Source: Telmatospirillum sp.
GTDB taxonomy: Bacteria; Pseudomonadota; Alphaproteobacteria; CACIAM-22H2
Length of the DNA: 64,000 nt
Assembly (NCBI GenBank): GCA_020248985.1
Contig: JADCGL010000039.1
Coordinates: forward strand, 6,645-70,644
Direction of reading: 5' to 3'
The position numbers and the translations under genes are program-made. A model generated the notes under the pieces. That model did no database searches and was not told the DNA's origin. It saw only the letters and a list, made by a program, of their open reading frames with translations. How positions within the stretch are numbered: the stretch's first letter is position 1; each line of letters opens with the position of its first letter. Positions 1-9,457 of this stretch are shown in pieces.

Positions 1-954
1 TGTTGCTGCCGTGGGCATACACAGGATGGTGCCCGGAATCAGCAGCGCATCCATGTGAGCGCAGATCGCAGCACGCTGTTTCTGGTGTGCTGCGACGGTT
101 GCGGCATCGATCGACTTCGCGAACTTGAAGCGCGCAGCGACGTCGGGGGCAAGGCGCGGCTCCACCTGTTCGATCCATTCGCCGTGGCACGCCCAGGCTT
201 CCGCACCCGACAGCATGCGGAACGTATCCGACCACGCGGACAGTTCCGGCCCCGCAACGTCGATGTCGGCCGTATCTTCGAAGAACGATTTGGCCCGCCC
301 GACCCAGGGCAGCAGTGCGACATGCACGGCCGGGTCGATCAGGCGCATGAGGTCGCTCGCGACGAGTAGGCGCATGGGCTCGGGCGGCGGCGTTTTCGCG
401 TCGAGCAACGCGCGGCCGACGCGCTCGAGCAAGTCGGCGTCGCGCGCGAACCAGCCCACCGTATCGAAGCTAGGGGCAAGCGGCACCACACCTTCGATAG
501 GCACCGCGCCGTGCGTGGGGCGCACGCCGAACAAGCCGCAATAGCTTGCCGGCACGCGGATCGAGCCGCCGGTGTCCGTACCCAGCGCGAAGTCGCAAGC
601 ACGACCAGCGACTGCCGAGGCCGACCCTGACGACGAGCCGCCGGGAACGCGCTCGGGGGCTGCCGGATTGAGCGGCGTGCCGTAATGCGCATTGCGCCCG
701 GTGAGGCCGTAGGCGATTTCGTCCATCGTCGTCTTGCCGAGCAACGTGGCGCCGGCATCGATCAGCAGTTGGAGGGCGGGGGCACTGCGCGTGGCTTTGT
801 TGTGGGTCTGCAGCCAGGTCGGATTGCCGGCCCCCGTGCGCTTGCCGGCCACGTCGAAATTGTCCTTGGCCGAAAACACGGTGCCGCGCAGCGGTCCGTC
901 TTCGATGCCGACGATATGCACGCGCTCGTGGCGGGTGTAGGCGTCGAGATTCAT
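1..954 (-). CDS. Amidase-signature family amidase, partial (3' end runs off the window start)
   Basis: Absent from the ORF track because it has no stop in the window. Hand translation from ATG 954 gives MNLDAYTRHERVHIVGIEDGPLRGTVFSAKDNFDVAGKRTGAGNPTW...PGGSSSGSASAVAGRACDFALGTDTGGSIRVPASYCG, with the Lys and Ser-cisSer motifs. ATGA overlap with the atzF stop. Confidence 0.9.
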   Translation of the reverse strand, partial: MNLDAYTRHERVHIVGIEDGPLRGTVFSAKDNFDVAGKRTGAGNPTWLQTHNKATRSAPALQLLIDAGATLLGKTTMDEIAYGLTGRNAHYGTPLNPAAPERVPGGSSSGSASAVAGRACDFALGTDTGGSIRVPASYCGLFGVRPTHGAVPIEGVVPLAPSFDTVGWFARDADLLERVGRALLDAKTPPPEPMRLLVASDLMRLIDPAVHVALLPWVGRAKSFFEDTADIDVAGPELSAWSDTFRMLSGAEAWACHGEWIEQVEPRLAPDVAARFKFAKSIDAATVAAHQKQRAAICAHMDALLIPGTILCMPTAAT

Positions 955-2774
955 TGCTGGGCCACGCGTTGCGCATCGCGATGCTGGACATAGGCGCGCC
1001 AGCTGCGATGTGATGTGATGTCGGCGGCGTCGGCCAAGGCACCGGGCTCGCATACGAATCCTTTGCACCATGTGCCGTCGTCGAGCTCGAGCGAGCCGAT
1101 TGCCATCGGCGGCGGCACTTCGGTCACAAAGCTGCCGAACGCCGCCATCGACAGTTCCCAGATTTCGACGGCGATGGCTTCGCCTGCACCGTCGACGCGC
1201 ACCAAGCCCGGTTTGGGCGGCGTCGTATTGGCAAGGGCATAGAGCCGGTAGCGCTTTGACGTAGCGGCACTGCGAACGAGCTTGGCGCCGCGTTGCGTGA
1301 GTTGGCTGTTGAGCGGCATGCCGGTGAGATGTGCACCGACGACGGCAAGCCGTACGCTTTCAGCGACTTGTTCGGCGGGCGCTGCGGCTTTTTGCGCAGG
1401 CTGCGGCATGCCCGTGGCGCCGAGCTGCAGGCCCGTATCGCGATGAAAGGCCGCCCCGATCGCCGCAAGCTTGCCGTCGGCGAAAGCTGGGCCGATCAGT
1501 GTGATGCCGCAGGGTAAGCCGTCGGCGCGCATGGCGGCTGGCACTGCAAGGGCCGACATGTCGAGCAGATTGACGAAATTCGTGTAGTAACCTAGCTCGG
1601 TATTGTGGCGCATCGGTTCGGCCGCCAGCTGCTCGAGCGTGAAGATCGTGCCGCTTGTCGGCACGGCGATCACGTCGAACTGTCGCCACAGGCTTGCTGC
1701 ACGGCGCTTCAGCGCTTCGAGGCGGTAGAGCGCTTTGAACGTCGCGACCGCATCGAAGCGCATCGCGTTGGCAATCACGGCGCGCGTGGTCGGATGCAGC
1801 GCCTCGGGCTTGTCGCGCATATATGCTTCGATAGCAGCATAGCGCTCGGCAACCCACGGGCCGTCGTAAAGAAGGGCAGCCGTCTCTTTGAGCGCCGAAA
1901 AGTCGAACGGAACTTCAATGCCGCCAAGTTTCTTGAGCCGCACGCAGGCATCGGCAAAAGCAGCCTTTGCCTGGCCGTCGCCGAAAAATTCGAGGGCCGC
2001 ATTCTGCGGCACGCCGAAACGGAATGCGGCAGGTGCTTCCTGCGGCGCCAGAATCGAAGGGGCTGCCGCCTCGCGCGAATAAGGATCTTCCGCGTCGAAG
2101 GCGGCGGCGACTTGGCCCGCGATGCGTGCGTCTTCGACGGTGAGAGCAAAAATTGAAATCACGTCGAGTGTGCGGCACGCCGGAACAAGGCCGCGCGTGG
2201 AAAACAGCCCCTTGGTCGGCTTCAATCCCACGAGATTGTTGAACCCGGCCGGAACGCGGCCAGAGCCTGCCGTGTCGGTGCCGAGTGCAAACGATACGAG
2301 GCCTGCTGCCACTGCGACGGCCGAGCCCGACGACGAGCCGCCTGGAATGAAGCGCTTGTCGAACGGATTCTCTGGCACGCCATAGGGCGAGCGCACGCCG
2401 ACAAGGCCCGTCGCGAACTGGTCGAGATTGGTCTTGCCTATGGCGATCGCACCGGCGGCGATAAGTCTGGCGACAACAATTGCAGATTCCGCGGCCGTGT
2501 AGCTGAAGTCCGGGCAGGCCGCCGTCGTCGGAGCACCTGCAAGATCGATATTGTCTTTGATCGCAAACGGGATCCCCCACAGCGGTGCGTTGCGTGGGAT
2601 TGTCGCCAGACTGGCGGCCGCGGCCAGAGCCTGTTCGCGCGGAACAAGATGGATCCACGTTTTGTCGCCGACGCGCGCGCCGATGCGGTCGTAGATTTCG
2701 CCGATTATTTCTTGCGGCGTGCGACCGGCCGCGTAGGCGGCGCGCAGGCTGGCAAAGTCGAGACTGAGAGTCAT
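951..2774 (-). CDS. atzF: Allophanate hydrolase
   Basis: 607 aa from ATG 2774. Amidase domain (AIKDNID, PGGSSSGS, GTDTAGSGRVPA) plus the typical C-terminal domain (LAVVGAHLTGMPLNSQL, TTPPKPGL, GFVCE, WRAY). Confidence 0.93.
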   Translation of the reverse strand: MTLSLDFASLRAAYAAGRTPQEIIGEIYDRIGARVGDKTWIHLVPREQALAAAASLATIPRNAPLWGIPFAIKDNIDLAGAPTTAACPDFSYTAAESAIVVARLIAAGAIAIGKTNLDQFATGLVGVRSPYGVPENPFDKRFIPGGSSSGSAVAVAAGLVSFALGTDTAGSGRVPAGFNNLVGLKPTKGLFSTRGLVPACRTLDVISIFALTVEDARIAGQVAAAFDAEDPYSREAAAPSILAPQEAPAAFRFGVPQNAALEFFGDGQAKAAFADACVRLKKLGGIEVPFDFSALKETAALLYDGPWVAERYAAIEAYMRDKPEALHPTTRAVIANAMRFDAVATFKALYRLEALKRRAASLWRQFDVIAVPTSGTIFTLEQLAAEPMRHNTELGYYTNFVNLLDMSALAVPAAMRADGLPCGITLIGPAFADGKLAAIGAAFHRDTGLQLGATGMPQPAQKAAAPAEQVAESVRLAVVGAHLTGMPLNSQLTQRGAKLVRSAATSKRYRLYALANTTPPKPGLVRVDGAGEAIAVEIWELSMAAFGSFVTEVPPPMAIGSLELDDGTWCKGFVCEPGALADAADITSHRSWRAYVQHRDAQRVAQQ

Positions 2775-2969
2775 GAAAACCTGTGTCGGACGAAGCGCCC
2801 GCGACTCGAAGCCAAACCGGCCCAGGCCCGGACATTGCAAAGATAACAAAACATAACAAACGTAGCCAATGCAGGGTCAAATTTCTTCGCCCGCCAGGTC
2901 CCGAAGATTGACAGGACAGGGGCTGGCGAGGCTCTAATCCTCGTAGATGCGGCAATCCGGAGCGGTACG

Positions 2970-4064
2970 ATGGCAAGGTGGTTTTTGGCGGCAGTTGCGA
3001 TGCTTTTTGGCTTGGCGAGCGGCCAGGCAGAGGCACAAGCCGTGCTCAACATCTATAATTGGAACGACTACGTGTCGCCGCAGGCGATCGAGCGGTTCCA
3101 GCGCGAGTCCGGCATTCGCGTGCGCTACGACACCTACGATTCGAACGAGACGCTCGATGCCAAACTGCGCGCGGGCCGCTCGGGCTACGATCTCGTTGTT
3201 CCGACCGCATCGCCGTTTCTGGCGCAGCAGCTGCCTGCGCGGCTCTACCGCGAATTCGATCGCGCGAAGCTGTCGAACTACGCCAATCTCGATCTACAGG
3301 TGATGCGCGAACTCGAGCGCGCCGATCCCGGCAATCGCCACGCGATCCCGCATATGTCGAGCATGACGGGTATCGGCTACAACGCCGAGCGCGTTGCGCG
3401 CGTCATGGCCGATGCGCCGGTCTATTCGCTGCGCATGATCTTCGATCCGGACGTCGCGCGCCGCTTTCAGTCCTGCGGCATCGTGGTGCTGGATTCGCCG
3501 ACGGACGTTTTCCCCGCAGCGCTTGCATATCTCGGCCTGCCGCCGGACTCCAAGGAGCCCGAACATCTGACGCGGGCGACCGAAGCGCTGATGCGCATTC
3601 GCCCGTTCGTGCGTAAATGGCACGGATCGGAATACATCAACGACCTCGCCAACGGCGACGCGTGCGTGGCGTTCGGCTACTCGGGCGACATCAAGCAGGC
3701 GGCCGCTCGTGCGGCCGAAAGCAAGCGCGCCAATGTACGGATCGAGTTTGCCGTGCCGCAGGAGGGAGCATTGCTCTCGCACGACGTTTGGGCGATCCCA
3801 GCCGATGCACGCAATGTCGATGCCGCCCACCGCTTCGTCGATTTCATGCTGCGTCCCGAGATTGCCGCTCTCAACAGCGATGCGGTTGGCTATCCGACCG
3901 CCGTGCCGGCGGCCCGCGCGTTGGTGCGGCCCGAACTGCGCGACGATCCGACCGTGTTCGTGCCGCCCGAGATTCGCGCCAAGCTCTATACGATCACGCC
4001 GGCAGCCCGCGACTACGAGCGGCTGCGCACGCGCGCCTGGACGCGCGTGACGACGGGACGATAG
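2970..4064 (+). CDS. Polyamine ABC transporter substrate-binding protein (PotF/SpuD-like)
   Basis: Signal peptide, LNIYNWNDY, YDTYDSNETLDAKL, SGYDLVVPT, YINDLANGDAC, RAWTRV end. Confidence 0.9.
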   Translation: MARWFLAAVAMLFGLASGQAEAQAVLNIYNWNDYVSPQAIERFQRESGIRVRYDTYDSNETLDAKLRAGRSGYDLVVPTASPFLAQQLPARLYREFDRAKLSNYANLDLQVMRELERADPGNRHAIPHMSSMTGIGYNAERVARVMADAPVYSLRMIFDPDVARRFQSCGIVVLDSPTDVFPAALAYLGLPPDSKEPEHLTRATEALMRIRPFVRKWHGSEYINDLANGDACVAFGYSGDIKQAAARAAESKRANVRIEFAVPQEGALLSHDVWAIPADARNVDAAHRFVDFMLRPEIAALNSDAVGYPTAVPAARALVRPELRDDPTVFVPPEIRAKLYTITPAARDYERLRTRAWTRVTTGR

Positions 4065-4074
4065 GGCGGCCTTC

Positions 4075-5028
4075 ATGATCCGACTGGAAGGCATCGCAAA
4101 ACACTACGGAACGGTTGCGGCGGTCGCCGGCGTCGATCTTGAAATCGCAGCCGGTGAGATTTTCTGTCTGCTTGGCCCCTCGGGCTGCGGCAAAACGAGT
4201 CTGCTGCGCTGCATTGGCGGCTTCGAGCGGCCGGATGTCGGCCGCATTTGGCTCGACGGCATCGATGTGACGGCAATGCCCGCCTGGGATCGTCCCGTCA
4301 ACACGGTGTTCCAGAACTATGCGTTGTTCCCGCATCTCGACGTCGCGGCCAACGTTGGGTTCGGGCTTGAAACATTGCCGATGGACAAGCGCGCGCGCGC
4401 CAAGCGCATCGACGAGATGCTCGATCTTGTGCGCCTCGGCGGGTTTGCCGCTCGAAAGCCTGCCGAGCTTTCGGGTGGGCAGCGCCAGCGTGTGGCGATC
4501 GCGCGCGCCCTTGCGCGCCTCCCCAAGGTGCTGCTGCTGGACGAGCCCCTGTCGGCGCTCGACGCCAAGCTGCGCGAAGAAACGCGTCTCGAACTCGTCG
4601 AGCTTCAGGCGCGATTGGGCATTGCTTTCGTCTTCGTCACGCACGACCAGGACGAGGCAATGGCGATCTCCGACCGCATCGGCGTGATGGAATCGGGCCG
4701 CATCATGCAGATCGCCGCACCGAGCGAGCTTTACGAGCGCCCAGCGACGCGCTTCGTGGCCGAATTCGTTGGCCGCATAAACCTTTTTGCCGGACCCGGT
4801 GGGCGCGGCTTCACGGCCGTGCGGCCTGAGCGCATGGTGCTCGGCCACGGCCCGCATTTGGGGCGCGTGCGCGAATGCGCCTATCTCGGTGAACGGCGCT
4901 TGGTGTTTCTCGACAGCGCGCTCGGCCGCGTGATCGTGAGCCAGCCCGGACAAGCGCCGGTGCCGGACAATGGCGTTGAGATCGCGTTCGGCTGGCCGCC
5001 CGAAGTCGAGCGCTACCTGCCGCAATGA
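4075..5028 (+). CDS. Polyamine ABC transporter ATP-binding protein (PotG/PotA-like)
   Basis: Walker A GPSGCGKT, VNTVFQNYALFPHL, LSGGQRQR, LLLDEPLSALD, VTHDQDEA. Confidence 0.92.
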   Translation: MIRLEGIAKHYGTVAAVAGVDLEIAAGEIFCLLGPSGCGKTSLLRCIGGFERPDVGRIWLDGIDVTAMPAWDRPVNTVFQNYALFPHLDVAANVGFGLETLPMDKRARAKRIDEMLDLVRLGGFAARKPAELSGGQRQRVAIARALARLPKVLLLDEPLSALDAKLREETRLELVELQARLGIAFVFVTHDQDEAMAISDRIGVMESGRIMQIAAPSELYERPATRFVAEFVGRINLFAGPGGRGFTAVRPERMVLGHGPHLGRVRECAYLGERRLVFLDSALGRVIVSQPGQAPVPDNGVEIAFGWPPEVERYLPQ

Positions 5029-5855
5029 ACCGCGCCGTTTTCATTCTTCCGGCTTTTGCATGGCTGTTGGCGGCGATCGCACTGCCGTTTGCGCTCATCG
5101 TGGCCATCAGTTTCGGCGAGGCTACGCAAGGGGCTCCGCCTTTTGACTGGAGCTTTTCGCTCGCCAATTATCGCCTGCTTCTTTCGGACGACCTCTATTG
5201 GGGGGCGCTTGCCAATGCCGCGCGCATTGCGGGCACCTCGACTTTGATTTGTCTGCTGGTAGGCTACCCAATGGCGTTGGCAATCGTGCGTGCGCGTCCG
5301 CAGCGCCGCGCCTTGCTGCTGTTTCTGGTCATGCTGCCCTTTTGGACGTCGTTTCTGATCCGAGTCTATGCGTGGATGGGATTGTTGCGCCCGACCGGCT
5401 TTGTGAACGCGGCTTTGGCGGAATTCGGGTTGATCGATGCGCCGCTGCAGCTGATCGCCAACGAGTTCGCGGTCCATCTCGGCATCGTCTATGCCTACCT
5501 GCCGTTCATGGTTTTGCCGCTCTACGCGACGCTTGAGAAGCTCGATGCCAGTCTGCTTGAGGCTGCACATGATCTCGGGGTCGGGCCGCTGCGCGCTTTC
5601 TGGCGCGTAACGTTTCCGCTGTCGCTGCCTGGTGTGGCGGCAGGAGCATTGCTTGTGTTTATTCCGGCAAGCGGCGAGTTCGTGATCCCCGATCTGCTCG
5701 GCGGGCCGAACTCGCCGATGATCGGCCGCGTCTTGTGGTTCGAGTTTTTCCAGAACCGTGACTGGCCGATGGCGTGCGCGCTTGCGACAGCGCTGGCGGC
5801 CCTACTGGCAGTACCTTTGCTGCTGTTCGACCGGCTGCGCTCGGCGACCAGATGA
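5025..5855 (+). CDS. Polyamine ABC transporter permease (PotH/PotB-like)
   Basis: LPFWTSFLIRVYAWMG, YLPFMVLPLY, EAA loop; overlaps the ATPase stop. Confidence 0.9.
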   Translation: MNRAVFILPAFAWLLAAIALPFALIVAISFGEATQGAPPFDWSFSLANYRLLLSDDLYWGALANAARIAGTSTLICLLVGYPMALAIVRARPQRRALLLFLVMLPFWTSFLIRVYAWMGLLRPTGFVNAALAEFGLIDAPLQLIANEFAVHLGIVYAYLPFMVLPLYATLEKLDASLLEAAHDLGVGPLRAFWRVTFPLSLPGVAAGALLVFIPASGEFVIPDLLGGPNSPMIGRVLWFEFFQNRDWPMACALATALAALLAVPLLLFDRLRSATR

Positions 5856-6658
5856 TGCGCCGACCGACCCTTTCGACCCTACCGACCGTGCTCGCCGCCG
5901 GGTTTGCGTTTCTGTATCTGCCGATCGTGATCATGGCGGCGTTCAGCTTCAACGAGAGCCGCTTGGTCACGGTTTGGGCCGGATTTTCGACGCGGTGGTA
6001 CGGCGAGCTGTTCGGCAATGTCCGCATGCTCGAATCGGCAGGGCTTAGTTTTGCCGTGGCGATGCTTGCCGCGAGCCTTTCGACGACGATCGGTACTTTG
6101 GCGGGCTATGTCCTCGGCCGTTTCGGGCGTTTTCCTGGGCGGGCGGTCTTTGCGTTGCTGCTTCTGGCACCGATGGTCCTGCCGGAAGTCATACTGGGTT
6201 TGGCGATGCTGATGGCGTTTTCCACGCTCGACAGCCTCGTGGGATGGCCTGCCGAGCGCGGGTTTCTTGCCATCGCATTCGCCCATGCCTGTTACGGCAC
6301 GGCCTTCGTGGCCGTGATCGTCGAAGCGCGTTTGCGCGGCATCGATCCGGCGCTCGAGGAGGCGGCGCGCGATTTGGGTGCAAAACCGTGGCGGGCTTTT
6401 GTCCGCGTGACATTGCCGCTTCTGGCACCTGCCGTCGCGGCGGGCTGGCTGCTCGCTTTCACGCTGTCGCTCGACGATCTGGTCGTTGCGAGTTTCGTTT
6501 CGGGGCCAGGTGCGACGACGTTGCCGATGCTCGTTTATGCGAGCGTGCGTCTCGGTCTTTCGCCGCAGATCAACGCACTGGCGACCGTTATGGTCGTGTG
6601 CATCGCATGTTTGGCGTGGGTCGCAAGCCGCATCGGCGCGGCGCGGTCAAAAGCGTAA
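5852..6658 (+). CDS. Polyamine ABC transporter permease (PotI/PotC-like)
   Basis: FLYLPI...SFNESRLVTVWAGFSTRWY, EEAARDLGA, FTLSLDDLVVASF. ATG 5852 overlaps the upstream TGA. Confidence 0.9.
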   Translation: MMRRPTLSTLPTVLAAGFAFLYLPIVIMAAFSFNESRLVTVWAGFSTRWYGELFGNVRMLESAGLSFAVAMLAASLSTTIGTLAGYVLGRFGRFPGRAVFALLLLAPMVLPEVILGLAMLMAFSTLDSLVGWPAERGFLAIAFAHACYGTAFVAVIVEARLRGIDPALEEAARDLGAKPWRAFVRVTLPLLAPAVAAGWLLAFTLSLDDLVVASFVSGPGATTLPMLVYASVRLGLSPQINALATVMVVCIACLAWVASRIGAARSKA

Positions 6659-6675
6659 TGGAATCTCGGGACGAC

Positions 6676-6684
6676 TTATCCACA
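6676..6684 (+). promoter_or_regulatory. Perfect DnaA box in the intergenic region upstream of the M23 peptidase gene
   Basis: TTATCCACA, exact match to the consensus. Single copy; function not demonstrated. Confidence 0.45.
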
Positions 6685-6866
6685 GGCAGGTGCCTTCGAT
6701 GTTTTGGAAATCATTGTGAATCATGCGTTTGCGAGCTGCTCTTGAAGTGATCAAATCGCCTTAATTTCGCGCCCATTTTTTGATCAAGATTCGCCACAGC
6801 TTGCTTGAACCGGCCTTGCTGAATCGGCATCATCGCCGCTTCGTTTTAAGGATGCGGATCGATTGC

Positions 6867-8192
6867 ATGCGGCTTGACGGTTCTAATCGCGGTTTATCGG
6901 CACGGATGCGCGCGCACATGGCGCGTCTTTTCCGGCCGCGCGAAGTGCTGCTGCGCTCCGACGGCGAAGTACGCCTCATCCGAATTTCGAGCTTGGTTCA
7001 AAAATCCGCCGCGGTCGCGATACTCGTAGCGGTAGTTGGCGGGGGTGCTGCAACGAGCGCTTATCGAGCTGCTCTCATCGAGATCGAAACGCGCAGCCTC
7101 GATGTCTCGCGTCTGCAGGAAGACCACCGCGCGCGCATGGAAGAGCTTGGGCAAGCTTTGGTGCGCGCGACCGAGCGCGGGCGCGCGGAAGCTGCCGAAA
7201 CGGTTGCGAGCCTGATCGAGCAGCGCAACATGCTGAGCGCGCGCATGGTCGAGATCGAGCGCGGCCTTGCGACGGCCGAGAGCGAGCGCGAGCGTGCCCT
7301 TGCCACGCACACTGGATTGATGGAACGGCTGCAGCAGGTCGAGGCGCGCCTAGGGGCACGCGTGCCGGATGCCGCCAGTGCCGCCGAACGCGCCGCTGCG
7401 ATCGAGCGATTGCGCATCGAAGCGATGGCCGAGCGCGGCCGCTTGGCGGTCGAAGCGCGGCGTTTGGCGATGGAGCATCGCACTGTTGTCGGCAGCCTCA
7501 ACGGCGTGCGGGCGGCAAACCAAGATGCCGCCAAGGCGCAGGATGCGGCTCTCAGCGAAATCGCCGGATCGACCAAGGCGCAGATCGACGAAATCATGCG
7601 CATCCTGCGCGGTACGGGCCTGCAGCCGGATCGTGTGGTTGCCGCGCGCGTCGCAAATGCGGGCGGCCCCTTCGTGAACGCGGTTGGCGACGAATCGTTG
7701 CCCAATGCCAGCCTCAAGCTCGCCTCGCTTGGCTCGGACCTCGAGCGCCTGCGCGATCTGCGCACGGCGTTGCGCGGCCTACCGGTCCATGCGCCGCTCG
7801 ACGATTTCGCGGTCATGAGCCCCTTCGGCATGCGCCGCGACCCCTTCAACGGGCAGCTCGCCATGCATAGCGGCATCGATCTGCAAGCCCCGCCGCGCAC
7901 GCCGGTTCTGGCCACGGCACCGGGGCGCGTGGTTACCGCGGGCTGGAACGGCGAATACGGCAATATGGTCGAAATCCAGCATGAATTCGGCCTTTCGACG
8001 CGCTATGGTCATCTGACGCGGATCGACGTGCGGGTCGGCCAGCGCGTCGAGCGGCGGCAGACGGTCGGTCTGCTCGGCTCGACCGGCCGCAGCACCGGGC
8101 CGCATGTGCACTACGAAGTTCTCGTCGATGGCCGCGCCGTCGATCCCGTCCGCTTTTTGGAGGCAGCCCGCCATGTTCGGAAAATCGAATAG
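6867..8192 (+). CDS. Membrane-anchored coiled-coil M23 peptidase (LmdC-like); start uncertain (6780-6918)
   Basis: N-terminal RLFRPREVLLRSDGEVRLIRIS segment, TM helix, long coiled coil, M23 motifs HSGID, TRYGHL, GRSTGPHVHYEV. Confidence 0.85.
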   Translation: MRLDGSNRGLSARMRAHMARLFRPREVLLRSDGEVRLIRISSLVQKSAAVAILVAVVGGGAATSAYRAALIEIETRSLDVSRLQEDHRARMEELGQALVRATERGRAEAAETVASLIEQRNMLSARMVEIERGLATAESERERALATHTGLMERLQQVEARLGARVPDAASAAERAAAIERLRIEAMAERGRLAVEARRLAMEHRTVVGSLNGVRAANQDAAKAQDAALSEIAGSTKAQIDEIMRILRGTGLQPDRVVAARVANAGGPFVNAVGDESLPNASLKLASLGSDLERLRDLRTALRGLPVHAPLDDFAVMSPFGMRRDPFNGQLAMHSGIDLQAPPRTPVLATAPGRVVTAGWNGEYGNMVEIQHEFGLSTRYGHLTRIDVRVGQRVERRQTVGLLGSTGRSTGPHVHYEVLVDGRAVDPVRFLEAARHVRKIE

Positions 8193-8628
8193 CAAACCGG
8201 TCGCCGAAACGCGGCCCGTCAAGGCGACCAGTTCGAACGTGCCCTCGATCATCGCGCAGGGTTTTTCGGTCAAAGGCAACATTGCCTGCGACGGCGACAT
8301 TCAGCTCGATGGCACCGTCGAAGGCGCGCTGCACACCTATTCGCTGACGATCGGCGTGAGCGGGGAAGTGCGCGGCGAGGTCACGGCCAAGCGCGTGCGG
8401 GTTCTGGGCAAGGTCGTGGGGCCGATCCGCGCCAGTGCGGTCGAACTCGGGCGCACGGCACGCGTCACCGGCGACATTCGCTACGAAACTTTGACCGTCG
8501 AACCCGAAGCGCAAGTCGATGGCCATTTGCAGCGCGTCGACGACGCGGCGGCGGCCGAAGCGTCGGTACCGGCCGCGCTGGCGCTCGTGCACGACGTCGC
8601 CAAGGTCAGCGAAAGCGCCAAGAAATAG
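8173..8628 (+). CDS. Bactofilin (polymer-forming cytoskeletal protein, BacA-like)
   Basis: MFGK N-terminal membrane-targeting-like motif, PSII...VKGNI...DIQLDGTVEG...LTIGVSGEVRGEV...V.G.I beta-helix repeats. Overlaps the M23 gene 3' end. Confidence 0.9.
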   Translation: MFGKSNSKPVAETRPVKATSSNVPSIIAQGFSVKGNIACDGDIQLDGTVEGALHTYSLTIGVSGEVRGEVTAKRVRVLGKVVGPIRASAVELGRTARVTGDIRYETLTVEPEAQVDGHLQRVDDAAAAEASVPAALALVHDVAKVSESAKK

Positions 8629-8636
8629 CCGGTCGG

Positions 8637-9416
8637 TCAGACCAGCGCTTGCGTGTCGCCGTCGACCGCGAGCGCTTGGCCCGAAATATTGCGCCCGCCC
8701 GAACCCGCCAGAAACAGCGCCATGCGCGCAATGTCCTGCGGATCGACCATGCGGCCGAGCGAAGCTTGCTGCGTGTAGATCCGCTCGAGCTCTTCGACCG
8801 CAACGCCGGTCGAAGCGGCTTTGGCTTGGATCACGCGGCGGATGCGCGGCCCATCCACCGCACCGGGCAGAATGGCGTTCACGCGGATATTGTCGGGCCC
8901 CAATTCGATCGCGAGACTTTTCGTGAAGCCGATCACGGCCCATTTGCTGGCGGCATAGGGCGTGCGGTGGGGAAAGCCGAAGCGGCCCGCAGCCGACGAC
9001 ATGTTGATGATGCTGCCGCCGCCGGCCGCGCGCAGCAGCGGTACGGCGCGCCGCACGCACAAAAATTGGCCGTCGATGTTGATTTCCATTGTATGCCGCC
9101 AATCGTCGGGCGACAGGGATTCGACCGGACCGGTGGGCCCTGCGATGCCGGCATTGTTGACCAGCACGTCGAGCCCGCCGAGCGTGTCGATCACGTCGTC
9201 GAACAGATCGTCGACGTCGTCCTCGTCGGAAACGTCGCATTCGAACGCCTCGTGGCCGGGCAGTTCGGCGCGGAAACGGGCGAGGGCCGCTTCGTCGATG
9301 TCGCAGACGGCCACACGTGCGCCGACGCCCGCGAATGCGCCCGCGATTTCGCGGCCGATGCCGGCGGCACCGGCAGTCACGAGCACGCGCAGATCGCGAC
9401 ACGATTGTTCGGTCAT
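8637..9416 (-). CDS. Classical SDR family oxidoreductase
   Basis: TAGAAGIG, NNAG, YAASK catalytic motif, IRVNAILPG. Confidence 0.9.
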   Translation of the reverse strand: MTEQSCRDLRVLVTAGAAGIGREIAGAFAGVGARVAVCDIDEAALARFRAELPGHEAFECDVSDEDDVDDLFDDVIDTLGGLDVLVNNAGIAGPTGPVESLSPDDWRHTMEINIDGQFLCVRRAVPLLRAAGGGSIINMSSAAGRFGFPHRTPYAASKWAVIGFTKSLAIELGPDNIRVNAILPGAVDGPRIRRVIQAKAASTGVAVEELERIYTQQASLGRMVDPQDIARMALFLAGSGGRNISGQALAVDGDTQALV

Positions 9417-9457
9417 CGGCAACCCCCTAAGCTTATGGAATGGACGAAGGACATAGC

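Noticed and set aside
2775-2969. Guanidine riboswitch upstream of atzF
   Set aside because: Expected from context, but I could not find the guanidine-I 3' motif, the twin ACGR-loop hairpins of guanidine-II or a guanidine-III pattern.
6659-6860. Replication origin
   Set aside because: Only one DnaA box, no long AT-rich unwinding element and no origin-associated genes nearby.
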